Shown piece after piece: positions 34,943-36,365 of a DNA stretch of 36,365 nt. Source of the stretch: an uncultured Clostridia bacterium (lineage in GTDB: Bacteria > Aerophobota > Aerophobia > Aerophobales > B3-G15); contig CAYZYX010000017.1 of assembly GCA_964482715.1 (NCBI GenBank), positions 1-36,365 of the forward strand, given 5' to 3'. A model generated the notes under the pieces. It ran no database searches, was not told the origin of the DNA, and saw only the letters and a list, made by a program, of their open reading frames with translations. A program made the position numbers and the translations under genes. The stretch's first letter is position 1; each line of letters begins with the position of its first letter.

Positions 34943-36126
34943 TTTGCAAATCCCTCTTTTAAAGTTAAAAGATGATAAATTGTACCAGCCCAAAGTTTAG
35001 CACACACTACGAGATCCTCTATTTCTACATACTCATTGGCCTGATGAGCCACCGAGCTACGGGAAGGTGAATGAACTACACTGGGAATATTTCTAAAATA
35101 AAGATTCTTAGCCAGTGTAACTCCACCCACTGTTCCCACCTTTAGATCAATACCCAGTTCTCTGGCTACTGTTTTGAAAGCCTTGACTATAGGAGACTTT
35201 TCATCCACCAGATGAGGTTCAACTGAAAAATCACTTTCTTTTACTTCCACATCAAATTTCGATGCTAATAGGGAAAGCTGATGCAAAATCTCATCTTTCT
35301 TCATTCCCAGAGGATACCTTATATCCAGAGTTGCCTCACATTTATCAGGAACCACATTCGGTGCTTCACCCCCACGAATTTCTCCAAGGTTAACAGTGGG
35401 CGGGGTAAAAAGCTCATGACAGTGACCTTCAAGTTTTGTATGTCTCAGAGTGTAAAGATAATTAACCATTTTGTAGATAGCATTTTCCCCTTTCTCCGGC
35501 TCTGAAGCATGGGCTGATTTTCCTTTTGTCAGTATCTTCACCTCCAGCCTTCCCTTTTCACCAATGATAATTTTGTCAAGCCTTCCACCATCAGGAATAA
35601 GGCAAAAGTTGGGTGAAAAACCTCTTTTCAGAAGATATTCTATTCCCTGGCGAGAACCTCTTTCTTCATCAGCAACTGCCCCCAGAATTATGGTTCCTTC
35701 AAAAGGGAGATCCGCCTCAAGAAGGGCTTTGATTCCCATCCAGCTGGCAGCATATGGTCCTTTGTTATCTATGGTGCCTCTCCCAAAAATTTTTCCTTCT
35801 TTAATCTGAGGAGAAAAGGGATCAAAATCCCATCCTTCCCCTGGAGGAACAACATCCATATGACAGATTACTGCTACTACCGGTAAACCCTTACCTACAT
35901 ATCCAAGAACGTTACATCTCCCTGGTGCTGGCTCATAAATCTCAATTTTAGCTCCCAGCTCCTTCAGATGTTCAATTAAAATTTCTTTAACCAAATATTC
36001 GTTTCCAGGCGGATTTACAGTGTTTTTCTCCACGAGTCTGCAGGTAAGATTCACTATTTTATCCACATCTATGTGTGAATCCAGAACCTCCTGCCAGGAT
36101 ATCGGTGATTGTGATTGAAAAGCCAT
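34939..36126 (-). CDS. M20 metallopeptidase, ArgE/DapE family
   Basis: HMDVVP, GRGTIDNKG, DEERG, GKSAHAS, GGEAPNVVP, AHQANE. ATG 36126 behind AAGGAGG preferred to GTG 36141. Confidence 0.92.
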   Translation of the reverse strand: MAFQSQSPISWQEVLDSHIDVDKIVNLTCRLVEKNTVNPPGNEYLVKEILIEHLKELGAKIEIYEPAPGRCNVLGYVGKGLPVVAVICHMDVVPPGEGWDFDPFSPQIKEGKIFGRGTIDNKGPYAASWMGIKALLEADLPFEGTIILGAVADEERGSRQGIEYLLKRGFSPNFCLIPDGGRLDKIIIGEKGRLEVKILTKGKSAHASEPEKGENAIYKMVNYLYTLRHTKLEGHCHELFTPPTVNLGEIRGGEAPNVVPDKCEATLDIRYPLGMKKDEILHQLSLLASKFDVEVKESDFSVEPHLVDEKSPIVKAFKTVARELGIDLKVGTVGGVTLAKNLYFRNIPSVVHSPSRSSVAHQANEYVEIEDLVVCAKLWAGTIYHLLTLKEGFAK

Positions 36127-36153
36127 ATCTCCCTCCTTCACGTTTCAAGAGAA

Positions 36154-36181
36154 ATTTTAGCAGAGAGAAAGGGGCTGTCAA
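36154..36181 (-). promoter_or_regulatory. Promoter of the M20...pgpA operon
   Basis: TTGACA-N16-TAAAAT with extended -10 TG. Confidence 0.75.
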
Positions 36182-36191
36182 ATATTCCTAA

Positions 36192-36365
36192 CTAACATTG
36201 GAACACTTTTTCTCATGAAGATAAAGGCTCCCGGAGATACCTTGCAAGCAAGCTTTTTTGGCGAGTAAAAAGCTTCACCATAGTAGAAACTTTTGCACAG
36301 CCAGAAAGCGGAGGCCGAGCTGCACCCAACTTTTAAGTGAGATAAAACCTTTGCCAGGGCATCTT
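36192..36365 (+). mobile_element. MITE-like repeat copy, probably cut by the window edge
   Basis: 36192-36265 is near-identical to 20871-20945. The final TTTGCCAGGGCATCT resembles the reverse complement of internal AGATACCTTGCAAG, which would be the start of the right arm. Confidence 0.6.

Noticed and set aside
34943-34993. Longer start for the cysteine hydrolase
   Set aside because: It would overlap the M20 gene by over 50 bp; ATGA coupling at 34942 is more plausible.

Overview
AT-rich, densely coded chromosomal window from an anaerobic bacterium. The taxon cannot be fixed from the sequence; the gene content fits a sugar-fermenting anaerobe. Left to right: (1) a minus-strand operon with a consensus promoter and four Rex-type operators, encoding a NitT/TauT-type ABC importer whose ATPase is fused in frame to a DRTGG protein, then a HATPase protein and HydC/HydD/HydB-like (NuoE, 2Fe-2S ferredoxin, NuoF) subunits that run off the left edge; (2) ferritin-like, LacD-like aldolase and OsmC genes; (3) a LacI-led operon of CoA-transferase, SDR, thiolase, aldehyde:ferredoxin oxidoreductase and a carbohydrate ABC importer, a candidate undescribed catabolic pathway; (4) purM, a GT4 glycosyltransferase and an internally deleted DUF47 pseudogene; (5) NagB-like and C_GCAxxG_C_C genes, larB, larC, a TIM-barrel epimerase, a Zn-dehydrogenase and a monosaccharide ABC importer whose two permeases share a 150-bp near-identical tract; (6) housekeeping pgpA, pgsA, ftsK, dut, cysteine hydrolase and M20 peptidase. 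A non-coding MITE-like repeat family occurs three times, and each time a terminal motif lies exactly 10 bp upstream of an outward-facing TTGACA box. No rRNA, tRNA or CRISPR array was seen. All family calls come from motif recognition by eye, not from database searches.
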